Shown here: piece after piece, positions 1 through 9,553 of the stretch
Position numbering within the stretch: position 1 is the first letter of the stretch
Layout: each line of letters opens with the position of its first letter
From: Porphyridium purpureum
Taxonomy: Eukaryota
DNA length: 20,000 nucleotides
Assembly (NCBI GenBank): GCA_008690995.1
Contig: VRMN01000015.1
Location: 297,019 to 317,018, forward strand
Direction: 5' to 3'
Translations under genes and position numbers: made by a program
Notes under the pieces: model-generated
Databases searched by the model: none
The model's input: the letters and a program-made list of their open reading frames with translations, nothing else
What the model was told of the DNA's origin: nothing

Positions 1-365
1 CAAATGTGAAGTAAGTGCGCGTCTGGTACACCCAAACGCGAAAGTTCTTCTGCGCGGCCATGCGCGGCGTTAATTTCTTGTGCAGCGATGTCCGGAAATC
101 CGTTGCCTACATTGACGATGTGCAGAGTAATGCTCCGACAGAGCCTTTCAATATTGTCAGATATTCCGACCGCATTTTGAATATCCATTTCCTCGAAATG
201 AATGCGGATCGCATCTGTCCCAAAGAACGGATGTTCATTCCCCATGGCGCCATCTTGCTGAGGTTGTCCCAAGAACTCAATTACAAAGTTCGACACATTG
301 CGGGCAATCCACTCGATGGTTTCCGCAGACACCGCAAGTTCCACGCCAAGATCAGCCTCCGTCAT
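1..365 (-). CDS. Hypothetical protein, 5' part; frame runs off the left edge of the window
   Basis: Manual translation of the minus strand from ATG at 365 gives about 121 codons with no stop up to base 1 (MTEADLGVELAVSAETIEWIARNVSNFVIEFLGQ...HGRAEELSRLGVPDAHLLHI), with globular-protein-like composition. An in-frame stop lies upstream at 426-428. It is missing from the ORF track because it has no stop. No family recognised. Confidence 0.55.
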   Translation of the reverse strand, partial: MTEADLGVELAVSAETIEWIARNVSNFVIEFLGQPQQDGAMGNEHPFFGTDAIRIHFEEMDIQNAVGISDNIERLCRSITLHIVNVGNGFPDIAAQEINAAHGRAEELSRLGVPDAHLLHI

Positions 366-699
366 CTTCCGTTCCACGTGCAAACTCGTGTCCACCAATC
401 GCGATGCAGGTGAGCGCGCCCTCTCCTACATCCACGTCTCGCTCTGACAGTGCCTTTGTTTTCTTTCACCGCACCCACCTCCCTTCTCTCGACAACGCGC
501 GTCGTCTTCTTGTACCCGGTAGTCTACAAAGAAAAAATGGATGGATTCCGCCGGAATCACATTTCGCGGCAATTCGCAACGAAAGTAATGACACTCGGTT
601 GAGCTGGACACCCAAAGTGAACACCTGACGACAAGGGATTGCGTGATTCGAACGCAGTTTGGCCAAGGGGCAGGAGCTTGGAAGGGGCACACGGCGTGC

Positions 700-1590
700 G
701 GCCCACGGGCGACGAGTATGCGCCAATTTTTGTCCGGCAAGACAAGGTATCTGAAAAACATGCGCATTCTGTTGACTTTGGCCTGGATGACGGCTGTACA
801 AGCGACGCGCAGTCCTCACTCAACATCAGATGCTGTAGATATTTAGATACATGTTTCACGTATTCGACTTGTTGCAGAAAAGCTGTTCCTTCTACCACTG
901 TTTGATTCCTCTTTGCCTTTGGGCGTTTGTGCATAAGCTGAGTGTGTACCCGTGCAACTTACTCAATAGCCAATCTTTGAGAAAAATTATTGGTCTCCGC
1001 GTTGAGCGTCAAGGCGCTCAAGCTACTCTACTTTGGGGACTTGCGTGAATCTCCCAATCGCTTGCCGCTGTATGCTCACCAATCCCCTTCTGGGCTTGTT
1101 CACATTAAAGGTGTTGTGTCTGTGATGCTTCATCGTACAAGCGACCAGAATATTTTCTTCCAAGAAGAGCGTAACCTTCAAAAGACTAGCGCACGGCGAA
1201 TAGCATGTTGGAAACATCATTGTGAACGTCAGTTTCGGTAGGCTTTCTATCGTTCACATGTGAGAGCTAATCAAAATCAGTCCGCGATGGCACTCGAACT
1301 TGTGTCAATGTTGTTTCAAATTCTCGAAAACAGAGGATTGAAAGGTCACAAATGGCGAGCGGTGAACAGCTTGCCCAGCTGTTTTCATGAAGCGCTGGAA
1401 TGATTTGTAGCCCTTTGGCTTCTTCCTGTATAGGTCTTTCAGAGTTCGCGACGGTACCGGATCTCAACTACGAGTTGCTCTTTCTTTCGCGTGCCATGGA
1501 TCGAGCAAACGTCACTTGAAAAGCTGAAAGAGGCACAGCCGAAGAGGGAAAAGAGAAAAGACCATGTTGATTCCGAGCACGGAAACTTCC
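700..1590 (+). mobile_element. Possible highly decayed LTR-retrotransposon (Ty3/Gypsy-like) integrase remnant
   Basis: AT-richer than the neighbouring genes and has no long ORF. Fragments in different + frames loosely echo integrase motifs in the expected order: HAHS...TCFTYSTCCRK, AFVHKLSVY, KGVVSVMLHRTSDQNIFF (about 1107-1160), KW...LP, LEKLKEAQ (about 1515-1540). Resemblance is by eye only. Confidence 0.2.
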
Positions 1591-1821
1591 AAACCCGAAA
1601 GTAGTTCCAACTTCATTGCGCAAAAGTGGAAGAGAAGTGTCAGCGTACGAAATAATAGGGCACAGTCACGGAAAACAAAACTGTTCGTGTGTCGATGATA
1701 CATTCACGTCGCAATGAATGTCCTTTCTTTCTGGTCAAAGATCTCCTTGCCGCATGGGCGAGCATCATCGCAAGCATCGAGCCCGTCAGCTAGTACAGTA
1801 ACAAAGTACCGTTGTATCAAA

Positions 1822-1936
1822 CCGATAAGCCGAGGAGCCGATAAGCCGAGGAGCCGATAAGCCGAGGAGCCGATAAGCCGAGGAGCCGATAAGCCGAGGA
1901 GCCGATAAGCCGAGGAGCCGATAAGCCGAGGAGCCG
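1822..1936. repeat. Perfect tandem repeat, 7 x CCGATAAGCCGAGGAG (16 bp) plus a partial CCG
   Basis: Read directly from the sequence. Units start at 1822, 1838, 1854, 1870, 1886, 1902 and 1918. Each unit is two related 8-mers, CCGATAAG and CCGAGGAG. Confidence 0.97.
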
Positions 1937-2045
1937 CGAAAGTTTGTGGAGATGGTTGGCAGATGGGGACGGGTGAGATACTGTGTGGTGGATTGAGGAG
2001 TTCTCGCGTGCTGGTAGCAGGCGCGTTCATCTCCATTGGAGGAGG

Positions 2046-4268
2046 ATGGTCACGGAGGCCGCAGAGGCCGCGGAGACTGCTGGAATGCCGGCGGCTGCGC
2101 CACGTGAGAACCTGGGAAGACTGAGCGTGAGCATTCCGTGGGTCAAGATTCTGGGATTGTGTAGCACCGATCTGGACGTGACCGTGGGGCTGCGCTTTGT
2201 GCGCGACGGGGAAGAGCAAGCTGACGAAGGTGAAAATGGGTTTGGGGATAGGCAGGGAAGCGTGCCAGATGAATGTGGGTCTGTCCCTGTTGTACCTGCG
2301 TCAGCATCGGCATCCGATTCTGCGCCGAACGATCATCTGCCGCCGGGAGAACAGCTTACGGACAGGATTGTAGATGACGCGTACGCCGATGAAAATAGTG
2401 AGCAAGATTCACCAAGCTCAGAGGATGAGGGGCCACGTGAACAGCTGGACTCCCGGGTCAAGCACTATCGGAAAAAATCGTTCAGTGTCACTTCGGAAGC
2501 TCTCGCGGGCATTCTGGCGCAGCTCGAAGTCGAGGTGAAAGACCAAGACCCCACAGCTCCCGCCGAAATCTCTGGAGATTCCCGCTCTCAGTTGGTCAAT
2601 GCGCATTCTCGTATAGCTGCAGAAACGGTGTCAGTTGCCTCGGCCTCACCTGAAGTGCCGGAGAACTTTCCGCTTGTGTCTTTGCGCGGAGTGAAACATG
2701 AGGAAATGAGCACATTCATCGGGTTTTGCTTTCCGCAAGAACAGTTTCACCGTACGTCGCTTTGCTACCCGACTCGCAAGGCACAGTGGGATCTGCAGGC
2801 AAGTGCCTATTCTTTTGTATGTACCAACGAGATGCGCGATTTCTCGTACGGCCTAGGTATCCAATTTTGCTTTGACATCGTGCGCGCGTCGAATGGACGA
2901 CATCGTTGCTCGGGCTGTTCTACAAATTTTCCTGGCAGCAGTCATAGCGATAACATGTACGGCGAGACAAAGCTGATTTCATCCAAGCAACGGCAGAATG
3001 GCTTGGCGCTGTTCGTCCTGTCGACTGTGAATGAGAGAGCGCAAGCAGAGACTTTGCTAAACGAGTTGATCGTCGAATTTGAAAAATGTTGCAAGCGAAA
3101 TACCGCGCTAGCACCGGACGAAGACTGTGCGGCACTCGCTCGCCGCTCGTTCAGAAACGCGTGCGAGAGCGCTGTCAGAAAGTATGTTGGCAGTCCTGAG
3201 AACCAAGCGTCGATACCAAATGCATCGACGCCGTTGCTTCTGGTTCAGTCTGAAAAGGAGGAGGCGCCGCTCTTATTGGAGAGGAATATTTCTGCGGTGG
3301 CGAGCGAGCGAGCGTTGAGCGCAGGTTCCGCGCTTGTGCCGGACATGTCTGTGTACGACCTGCTGCTTGCATTTGGCAGTTCAGTTTTCATAGACGTGGT
3401 GACTGCGATTTTGCTCGAGAAGCGCATTATATTTTGCTCTTGGTTTCTGCGACGGCTTGAAATCGGTATTGAGAATTTCTTGAAAGCCCTTGACCCACTG
3501 ACTTGGCAGGGTATCTACATACCTGTTCTGCCGGCGGGGCTGCTTGATGTCGTACATGCGCCCATGCCCTTTCTGGTGGGTATACACACTTCATGTGTGC
3601 CGAGAATAGACTGGAACGTCGAAGCAGAAACCGTGCGTGTGGATCTCGATGCGGCGCGCTTTTATATAGGAAAGGACTCGGGCTTCTTACGCATGCCACT
3701 CAAGCTCCGGTCCAAGCTAGAAAACAGCTTCAATTCGTTTATTATTGAGACGATGGCACAGGGCGAGGAAGAACGGGAGCAGAGCTTGAATGCTATTTTG
3801 GGCATCTTCTTTCGTGTCTTTACAAGCGAGTACTTGACTTCTTTTTGGCCGGCAGCCATGGATAAAGAGAGTGAAGTGGACGCAGCGGTATACTCTGCGT
3901 TGGGCAGCAAGTCTGGGATTGTGCAGGGTGCACACTTACCGCAGGATGAAGAGCAATTCTGGATCGCGTTTGGAGAGACGCAGATGAAGGAGCAGTGGAC
4001 GCTGCGCGCCACCGTGCAACACCGGGTGACGCTCAAAAAGATGGCGCACGACGCGCACGGTCGGTCTGCGGCAGAGTCCGTCCCCTCTAAACGATCACTC
4101 AAGAGCCTTCGCGCAAGCATGTTCAAGAAACCAGTTGCGCCAGGAAAGGATGACACGTCGGCCGCTGGGTCCAAGGACACTGTTGATCCAGGCACTCCGA
4201 GAAGGAAGAATTCAGTATCGACTGGTGGCATCAAGGAACACAAGAGTCGAATCCGCTGGAAGTTTTGA
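2046..4268 (+). CDS. DENN-domain protein (Rab guanine-nucleotide exchange factor family)
   Basis: ORF 1983..4268, first in-frame ATG at 2046. It has uDENN-like FCFP and YSFVCTN...YG, the cDENN core ILLEKRIIFCS...LDPLTWQGIYIPVLPAGLLDVVHAPMPFLVGIH and dDENN-like FWIAFGETQM. There is an acidic insertion near the N-terminus and a basic C-terminal tail. Confidence 0.92.
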   Translation: MVTEAAEAAETAGMPAAAPRENLGRLSVSIPWVKILGLCSTDLDVTVGLRFVRDGEEQADEGENGFGDRQGSVPDECGSVPVVPASASASDSAPNDHLPPGEQLTDRIVDDAYADENSEQDSPSSEDEGPREQLDSRVKHYRKKSFSVTSEALAGILAQLEVEVKDQDPTAPAEISGDSRSQLVNAHSRIAAETVSVASASPEVPENFPLVSLRGVKHEEMSTFIGFCFPQEQFHRTSLCYPTRKAQWDLQASAYSFVCTNEMRDFSYGLGIQFCFDIVRASNGRHRCSGCSTNFPGSSHSDNMYGETKLISSKQRQNGLALFVLSTVNERAQAETLLNELIVEFEKCCKRNTALAPDEDCAALARRSFRNACESAVRKYVGSPENQASIPNASTPLLLVQSEKEEAPLLLERNISAVASERALSAGSALVPDMSVYDLLLAFGSSVFIDVVTAILLEKRIIFCSWFLRRLEIGIENFLKALDPLTWQGIYIPVLPAGLLDVVHAPMPFLVGIHTSCVPRIDWNVEAETVRVDLDAARFYIGKDSGFLRMPLKLRSKLENSFNSFIIETMAQGEEEREQSLNAILGIFFRVFTSEYLTSFWPAAMDKESEVDAAVYSALGSKSGIVQGAHLPQDEEQFWIAFGETQMKEQWTLRATVQHRVTLKKMAHDAHGRSAAESVPSKRSLKSLRASMFKKPVAPGKDDTSAAGSKDTVDPGTPRRKNSVSTGGIKEHKSRIRWKF

Positions 4269-4407
4269 TCATGACCATTCATGAGACCCGCAACATGCGA
4301 GACTTTTTTTGAGCGGATGTCAAGCCGGGCTAGAGAATGTCTGGCAGTCTTGAGCAAACTCAGAAAGGTCTCTGACATGTTCAAAGCCTGAAGCGTTGCA
4401 CACGCGG

Positions 4408-6375
4408 TCAGTACAGCTGCAACATGGAGTATTTGAGCGGACCAGCCCAGTGGGTATATGTTGGGGTAGACGATGGCTGTGACCGGTACCAGAGACACGG
4501 ATAGGTGAACGTACTCGAGCTTGCGAGCTGGCAGCAAAAGAAGAAAAGTCTGTCGGGCAGCTGATGCGATTTTCCGCCCTCTGCCTCTATGTGTACCACT
4601 AGGCTATGGATGCAATGTTCATATGGATACGCTCAAATCCGTCCTGATTCAATGTCGCGCAGGTTCTGGTACGCCAAACACACAGACGGGAAATATGAAA
4701 GCCATGGCAAATGATGAAATGGAAACACCGTCTGTTGCCGTCCAGACAGACGTGTTCGCAGTTGTACTAATTGCCACACTGAGCATGCTGGCGTCGACGC
4801 ACAACAGCACAGCCGCTACATTTCACAATGCGTGCTATCGCACCACGACAATGTGCCTCACCTTCGATAAAGACACGAAATGCCTCCGTTCGCCCAAGCA
4901 AGCACCGCTCCAGATGATGTGTCCAACGCACCGCCCTCAGATACACTTTGTGCGACCCATCGGGCTGCCAATGCTTTTACCCCAGAAAAAGTCACCTCAT
5001 TTATCGTTTTTTCGTTGCTTGGGCCAACAAAACCTTGGGCATACACTGCCGCAGGACTCACCGACGTTCCCCACAAGCGAGGGGTTAAAGCTAGCCTGCA
5101 GAGCCACTCGCCATTCCACAAAGCTTCTGCAGCAACAGAAGCGTCCCAGTGTTGGTCAAAAAGCACTGACGTGAAGCAGTGCCTTCGCAGCAACAGAAGC
5201 GCTCGAATTTGAGAAGCGCTGCATCGCATGTCTCGCGATCATCGGGCAGAAGGAGTAAAGCGCGCAGAATTTTCGGTTGAAATGTTCGAGCTCGCCGGAG
5301 ACAGGCTTGTCGATGATTTTTGCGCGTGCACATCAGGATGCCACTTGGTCGGACCTTTGGAACCGCGTCTTTGTATGATTCACCATTCTGTCCTCTGTAC
5401 CAAGGAAGCTAGATCGAATCGAGGAATATGCGAGACTTCTCTGTGCTCTCACAGCAGCCGAGACGCTTGTCACTCCAGTTGGAAACTGAGCACGGAGGAG
5501 GTTCTGCCTTGGAGCGGAAAAGGCATTCAATTCGTTTGACTGACAGGACCCACATGCCAATGTAATGATTCATTCCAAGATGGCAATACTGGTCTGAAAT
5601 CACGCCGAGACAATTCAGGATCTCTGTATGAGTATCCGCATTACGTAACAGATTCTGGGTCTTCTGCATGACAGCTGCCTCTGAATGCATGGCCGCACGA
5701 TTGCCATTCAGCTCGTAAGAGTCATTGCAATTCAAGCGAGTCCAAGAAGTGCCGACGCGAGTCACTGCATTCGCGGCAACACATACGCCGGTCGTCGAAG
5801 TCTGACGCGGAGGACGTGACCGTACCCTCCCCATAAAAGCAGTTCGACTATCCATAGAATGACGGAGTCCAGTCCGCATTGCCAACGCTTCTTCCCGCAG
5901 AGCCCGACCAAGAATCGCACAAAAATGCAGCCCACCACGGTGAGTGGGTCTGAATTATTCGCCAGATTGGTGCTACTGGCGCTGTGAAGAACTCGACGCA
6001 CACATTTGATCACAACTTTGACCACGTGCATTAAGCTTTGACGGGCAACACGATCAACTCCGACCCTAATTCACGGACCCAGCTGACACAATCAAACGGA
6101 GCACGTTCCGGTAAGGCAGTGCTACACTTTGCCGACATTCGGAGTTACGGAGTCGACCCGTCCAGGTCCTCCACCAACGACTCTTCCATTGTGTCACTGC
6201 GCGCGTCAAATGGCTCAAACCAACGCACCATTCTGCGGGAGCAGACCTCTTGCACATAACCGCCTACCACAACGATACCAAGACACACCGCCAGCGCAAA
6301 TCGCAAACCCGGACATGCTCCACGCTGCTTTCCATCTCGCACGCACATCACCTCATCTCCGTGCAACACTCCCAT
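4408..6375 (-). pseudogene. Probable decayed gene, possibly a type II membrane glycosyltransferase (GT34-like)
   Basis: One minus-strand frame gives a signal-anchor-like N-terminus (MGVLHG...GLRFALAVCLGIVVVGGYV). After many stops the same frame gives WANGGISCLYRR (about 4861-4896), YPYEHCIHSL (about 4600-4630) and YTHWAGPLK (about 4432-4458). These resemble the NxG, WxxEQ and HFAG motifs in GT34 order. No intact ORF. Confidence 0.3.
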
Positions 6376-6845
6376 ACCTCCTGGCCCATCAGCATCGACT
6401 CGAAACACCGGTCCAGAAGCAGCCGCGGTCTCGCCGTCTTCCAATGCACGCCTGCAAAACCCGGTTTACAGTGCATCATAGTAAAAACGCCCTGTTTTCC
6501 CATATGACGTGGAAGATAACCGACTGTAAGGATGGCGAACTGCACATGCTTGAAAACAGTGCGACCTCGCGCGTGGGAGTTGAAAGGGTTGCGCCTCGGG
6601 TGGGGCTGAGCGCTTCTGCACGCACGCTTTATGAATAACGGAGACACATCGTCTATCTAGGGCCCGAAAAAAAAACCAACAACACCAAAGCAGAGTTCGT
6701 CGCATGGTCTGCGATTCTTCAGCAGCCGACAGACGAAAATTGGCTGCGCAATGGATATGAAAAGACGGTCCATTCTCCGGTTGAATTCGCCGTTCACCGA
6801 TACAATCAACGACGTGCCTGCGTGCTCGTCGCGTGCCTTGAAGTG

Positions 6846-9305
6846 TCACGCGCGAAAATACAAGTGCAGCTTGGCATAGAGGTCGGACGCCAAGAACGGA
6901 ATGGATGCGTCCGAGGTCAGTTGTGCAACAGCCGCAGGTGCGCGGCCGCGCTCCATCAGCGAAAGCAGTGCTGGCCCCAGCACGCTTTGCGCGCGCATCA
7001 GAATCTCGCCGAACGCGTCGCGCACGTCCTTGCGGAGGTCATCCTCAGCACTTGATGATGTTCCTAGTGCATCCGTACCAAGTTGTGATAAGGACTCTTG
7101 TATGAGCAGCATGGATGATGCTATACACTCGATTAGTTCGGCCTGGACTCTGGCGGCCGCCGCCCTGGCTGTTTCTGCCCGATCTTGGTCGTAGCGATGC
7201 AGCAGAAAAGCGTGATCACATAAGCTGTCGATGATTAAGGACGCCAGCGGTTGCTGACTCTTATTCTTTCGACGATTTGGGGCTCCCTTGGGTGTCAACA
7301 CCAGCTGCGACAGCAGCCGGCTTGGAGATGATGCCTGCCCATCAATGTGCGCGTCGACCAGTAAATCGACTGCGTCGCGGTACAAATGCAAGCAGTCAAA
7401 TCGAGCACAGCTTTGGCTGAGTAGCGCTTGAAGTACAGCCACAAATTTCTCGTCCGCCAGTAGACCATCTCGAAAGCGAGAATAAACGCGGAGGATGCTC
7501 GTGAACGCCATTTCTAGCCAAGCCGGATGGAGTGGCTCATAATCGTGCTCGTCGACGAGCACGCCATGCAATGCTTCGACCACGATACGAACACTCTCCG
7601 TCGAGCCAAGCCGCTTCGCGTCGTGGCTGGCAATGCGCAAGCCAGCGGCGAATGTATTCTCGGTCATCACGCCTTGATTTGCGCCTATCGCAAAATCCAG
7701 CAAGGTCCCGTTCGAAAATGCTGGTATCAAGCTCGCTACATTTCCGTCAGTTCCAAGAGCGTGCGGTGACAGCTCCGAGCACGCCTCCGCCACCATGGCC
7801 ACGATCTCGGTCAATGTGGCCAAGTGTAAACTGGTGCCTCTGTCTGGACTTTCGCGATCATTTGCGGTCAGGTTTCGCGCGGCCTCGTTCCACAGCTCTA
7901 GCAGAGCATGCAACAGAGCACACGCAAACGCATAACAATCCATGACGCGGTAGGAGCTAGAACCGTGTTCGGGGCGCCACAGCAATGGCACCGACGAGAG
8001 AATACAAAGGAGCACCTCTTTCTCGAGCACCAACAGCCTTGCTGGTGCCTGCGTGCCGGGTGTGTGGGCAAGCTTCAGTCCGACGTGGTCCAGTAATTCA
8101 CAGACGCGTTCGCTGCTGGAGAGCGCCTCGAGCGCGGCATCCTCCAAACCTATATCCTCCGTTCGTTCCGGCGAGCGCTGTGCCTGTGCTCCTATCTCAA
8201 TACCTTTCGTCGATGATGGCTGATGCGTTGGCAGAGGTGCCTGCGGCGAGTCTTCCAATGCAGCTCGCTCGCGCTTGTTTCCGACGGGAGCTTTCAATTT
8301 TTCGCCACCTGGCTTCGCTCGACCGAGCTGCGAGTCAAAGTCATCAAAGCCATGGTCATGGGAACCCACACCGCGTGCGCGTTGGCCACGCGAGGTAGAT
8401 ACCGCCGCAGTCGTAGTATCATTCTGCGAAGGCGCGGTGGTCTGCGCACTTGCAGCGCGTTGCTGGTATGTGCGTATTTGAAGCTGCGCCTGGCTGATAT
8501 CATGTTCCAGCAGAGCTATGCGGCTTTCCAGAGTCGCGCGCACGCGCTCGAGTTCAAGCTGTGCCTGTGCCTGTGCCGTGTCTTCTTCCACTTGCGCTGA
8601 GGACTGGCTCCGCGCGCGGCCGCTTACGTCGAGATTCTTGCGCTCTTCTGCCAGCAGGCGCTTTCTCAAATTCGCGATTTCGGCTCGCAGCTTGTCGTGC
8701 TCGGACAGGGACGGCGCCGGCGCTGCACCCATGATTGCAGATGCCCGCGAGGGCGTGTTTCCGTCGCTTTGATCCCTGGGGACACTTTGAAGCTGAACGG
8801 AGGGGTACCGAGCGCGGCTAATGTTTGCAGTCGCGTTGTTTGCGCGATACGGCGCGCTGTACGGCGCGACTCTTGCCGCCGGCACACGCGAAGCCTTTCG
8901 GTGGTCCGCCGGCGGCATCTTTCCCGTTGGCACTGCGCGACCTTGCCCAGCGTGCGCGGCCGGTACTCGCGCGAGACGTGCAACATTGCTCGCGTTCGGA
9001 GCGTCATGCGCAGCGACCCTGCGCGTGGCGGCGGCAGCGGTCGCGGTAGCGGTGGTATCGGCGACCGCGACCACACCTTCCGCTCGACTTCCCTGCAACC
9101 GGTCGACCTCATAATCCAGCTGCGCAAACAAGTCCTCATACTCATCCAGATCATACTCATTCACTTGGACCACCCGCTCCATGCCCACCCTCTCATCCTC
9201 CCCAACACCATCATCTCCACCATCGTCCTCCTCTCCAGCCACAGGCACCGAGCAGTCGCAGCGCGTCCGCTTGAACATCGCGCTAGGGTTTCCATTATTT
9301 AACAT
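6846..9305 (-). CDS. Coiled-coil plus helical-domain protein; candidate ATRIP/SUV2-like (unverified)
   Basis: 819-codon ORF. It has an acidic N-terminal patch (EYDLDEYEDLFAQLD), a low-complexity linker, heptad-rich segments (DKLRAEIANLRKRLLAEE; LELERVRATLESRIALLEHDISQAQLQI) and a Leu-rich helical C-terminal half. The true start could be a downstream ATG (MFKR or MERV). Confidence 0.8.
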   Translation of the reverse strand: MLNNGNPSAMFKRTRCDCSVPVAGEEDDGGDDGVGEDERVGMERVVQVNEYDLDEYEDLFAQLDYEVDRLQGSRAEGVVAVADTTATATAAAATRRVAAHDAPNASNVARLARVPAAHAGQGRAVPTGKMPPADHRKASRVPAARVAPYSAPYRANNATANISRARYPSVQLQSVPRDQSDGNTPSRASAIMGAAPAPSLSEHDKLRAEIANLRKRLLAEERKNLDVSGRARSQSSAQVEEDTAQAQAQLELERVRATLESRIALLEHDISQAQLQIRTYQQRAASAQTTAPSQNDTTTAAVSTSRGQRARGVGSHDHGFDDFDSQLGRAKPGGEKLKAPVGNKRERAALEDSPQAPLPTHQPSSTKGIEIGAQAQRSPERTEDIGLEDAALEALSSSERVCELLDHVGLKLAHTPGTQAPARLLVLEKEVLLCILSSVPLLWRPEHGSSSYRVMDCYAFACALLHALLELWNEAARNLTANDRESPDRGTSLHLATLTEIVAMVAEACSELSPHALGTDGNVASLIPAFSNGTLLDFAIGANQGVMTENTFAAGLRIASHDAKRLGSTESVRIVVEALHGVLVDEHDYEPLHPAWLEMAFTSILRVYSRFRDGLLADEKFVAVLQALLSQSCARFDCLHLYRDAVDLLVDAHIDGQASSPSRLLSQLVLTPKGAPNRRKNKSQQPLASLIIDSLCDHAFLLHRYDQDRAETARAAAARVQAELIECIASSMLLIQESLSQLGTDALGTSSSAEDDLRKDVRDAFGEILMRAQSVLGPALLSLMERGRAPAAVAQLTSDASIPFLASDLYAKLHLYFRA

Positions 9306-9553
9306 CAGAGGGATTTGTAAAATAGGTTAATTAATAATATCCTAAATAAAACACGCTGTTTTATCAGAGCGTGACGATCATGTCAAATCAGAGTGATTTT
9401 GTTAGGAGAAAGTACAGTGTTTAGAACGAGGTACAGCGATGGTTATGGAGGAGGCGCAGCGAGCCGGAGGGAAGAAGAGAGGTGAGACAGAGGAAGACAG
9501 GAGAAGAAGAGGAAGAGGAGACAGGAGAAGAAGGGAAGGAGGGCAGTGGATGG
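9306..9553. promoter_or_regulatory. Short divergent (bidirectional) intergenic promoter with an AT-rich core
   Basis: About 250 bp between head-to-head genes. An AT-rich tract (ATTTGTAAAATAGGTTAATTAATAATATCCTAAATAAAA, about 9314-9351) sits in otherwise GC-rich DNA and is followed by a GA-rich leader. Confidence 0.55.

Noticed and set aside
1822..1936. CRISPR array or telomere
   Set aside because: Units are contiguous with no spacers, there are no cas genes, the context is eukaryotic, and the repeat is internal and unlike canonical telomeric units.
1704..2219. 171-aa minus-strand ORF with repeated APRLIGSSAYRLLGLS
   Set aside because: Its periodicity is simply the translation of the 16-bp DNA repeat, and it overlaps the DENN gene antisense.
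6290..6365. CCHC-like zinc knuckle of a LINE (CACEMESSVEH) on the minus strand
   Set aside because: Flanked by stops, spacing is non-canonical and no RT motifs are nearby.
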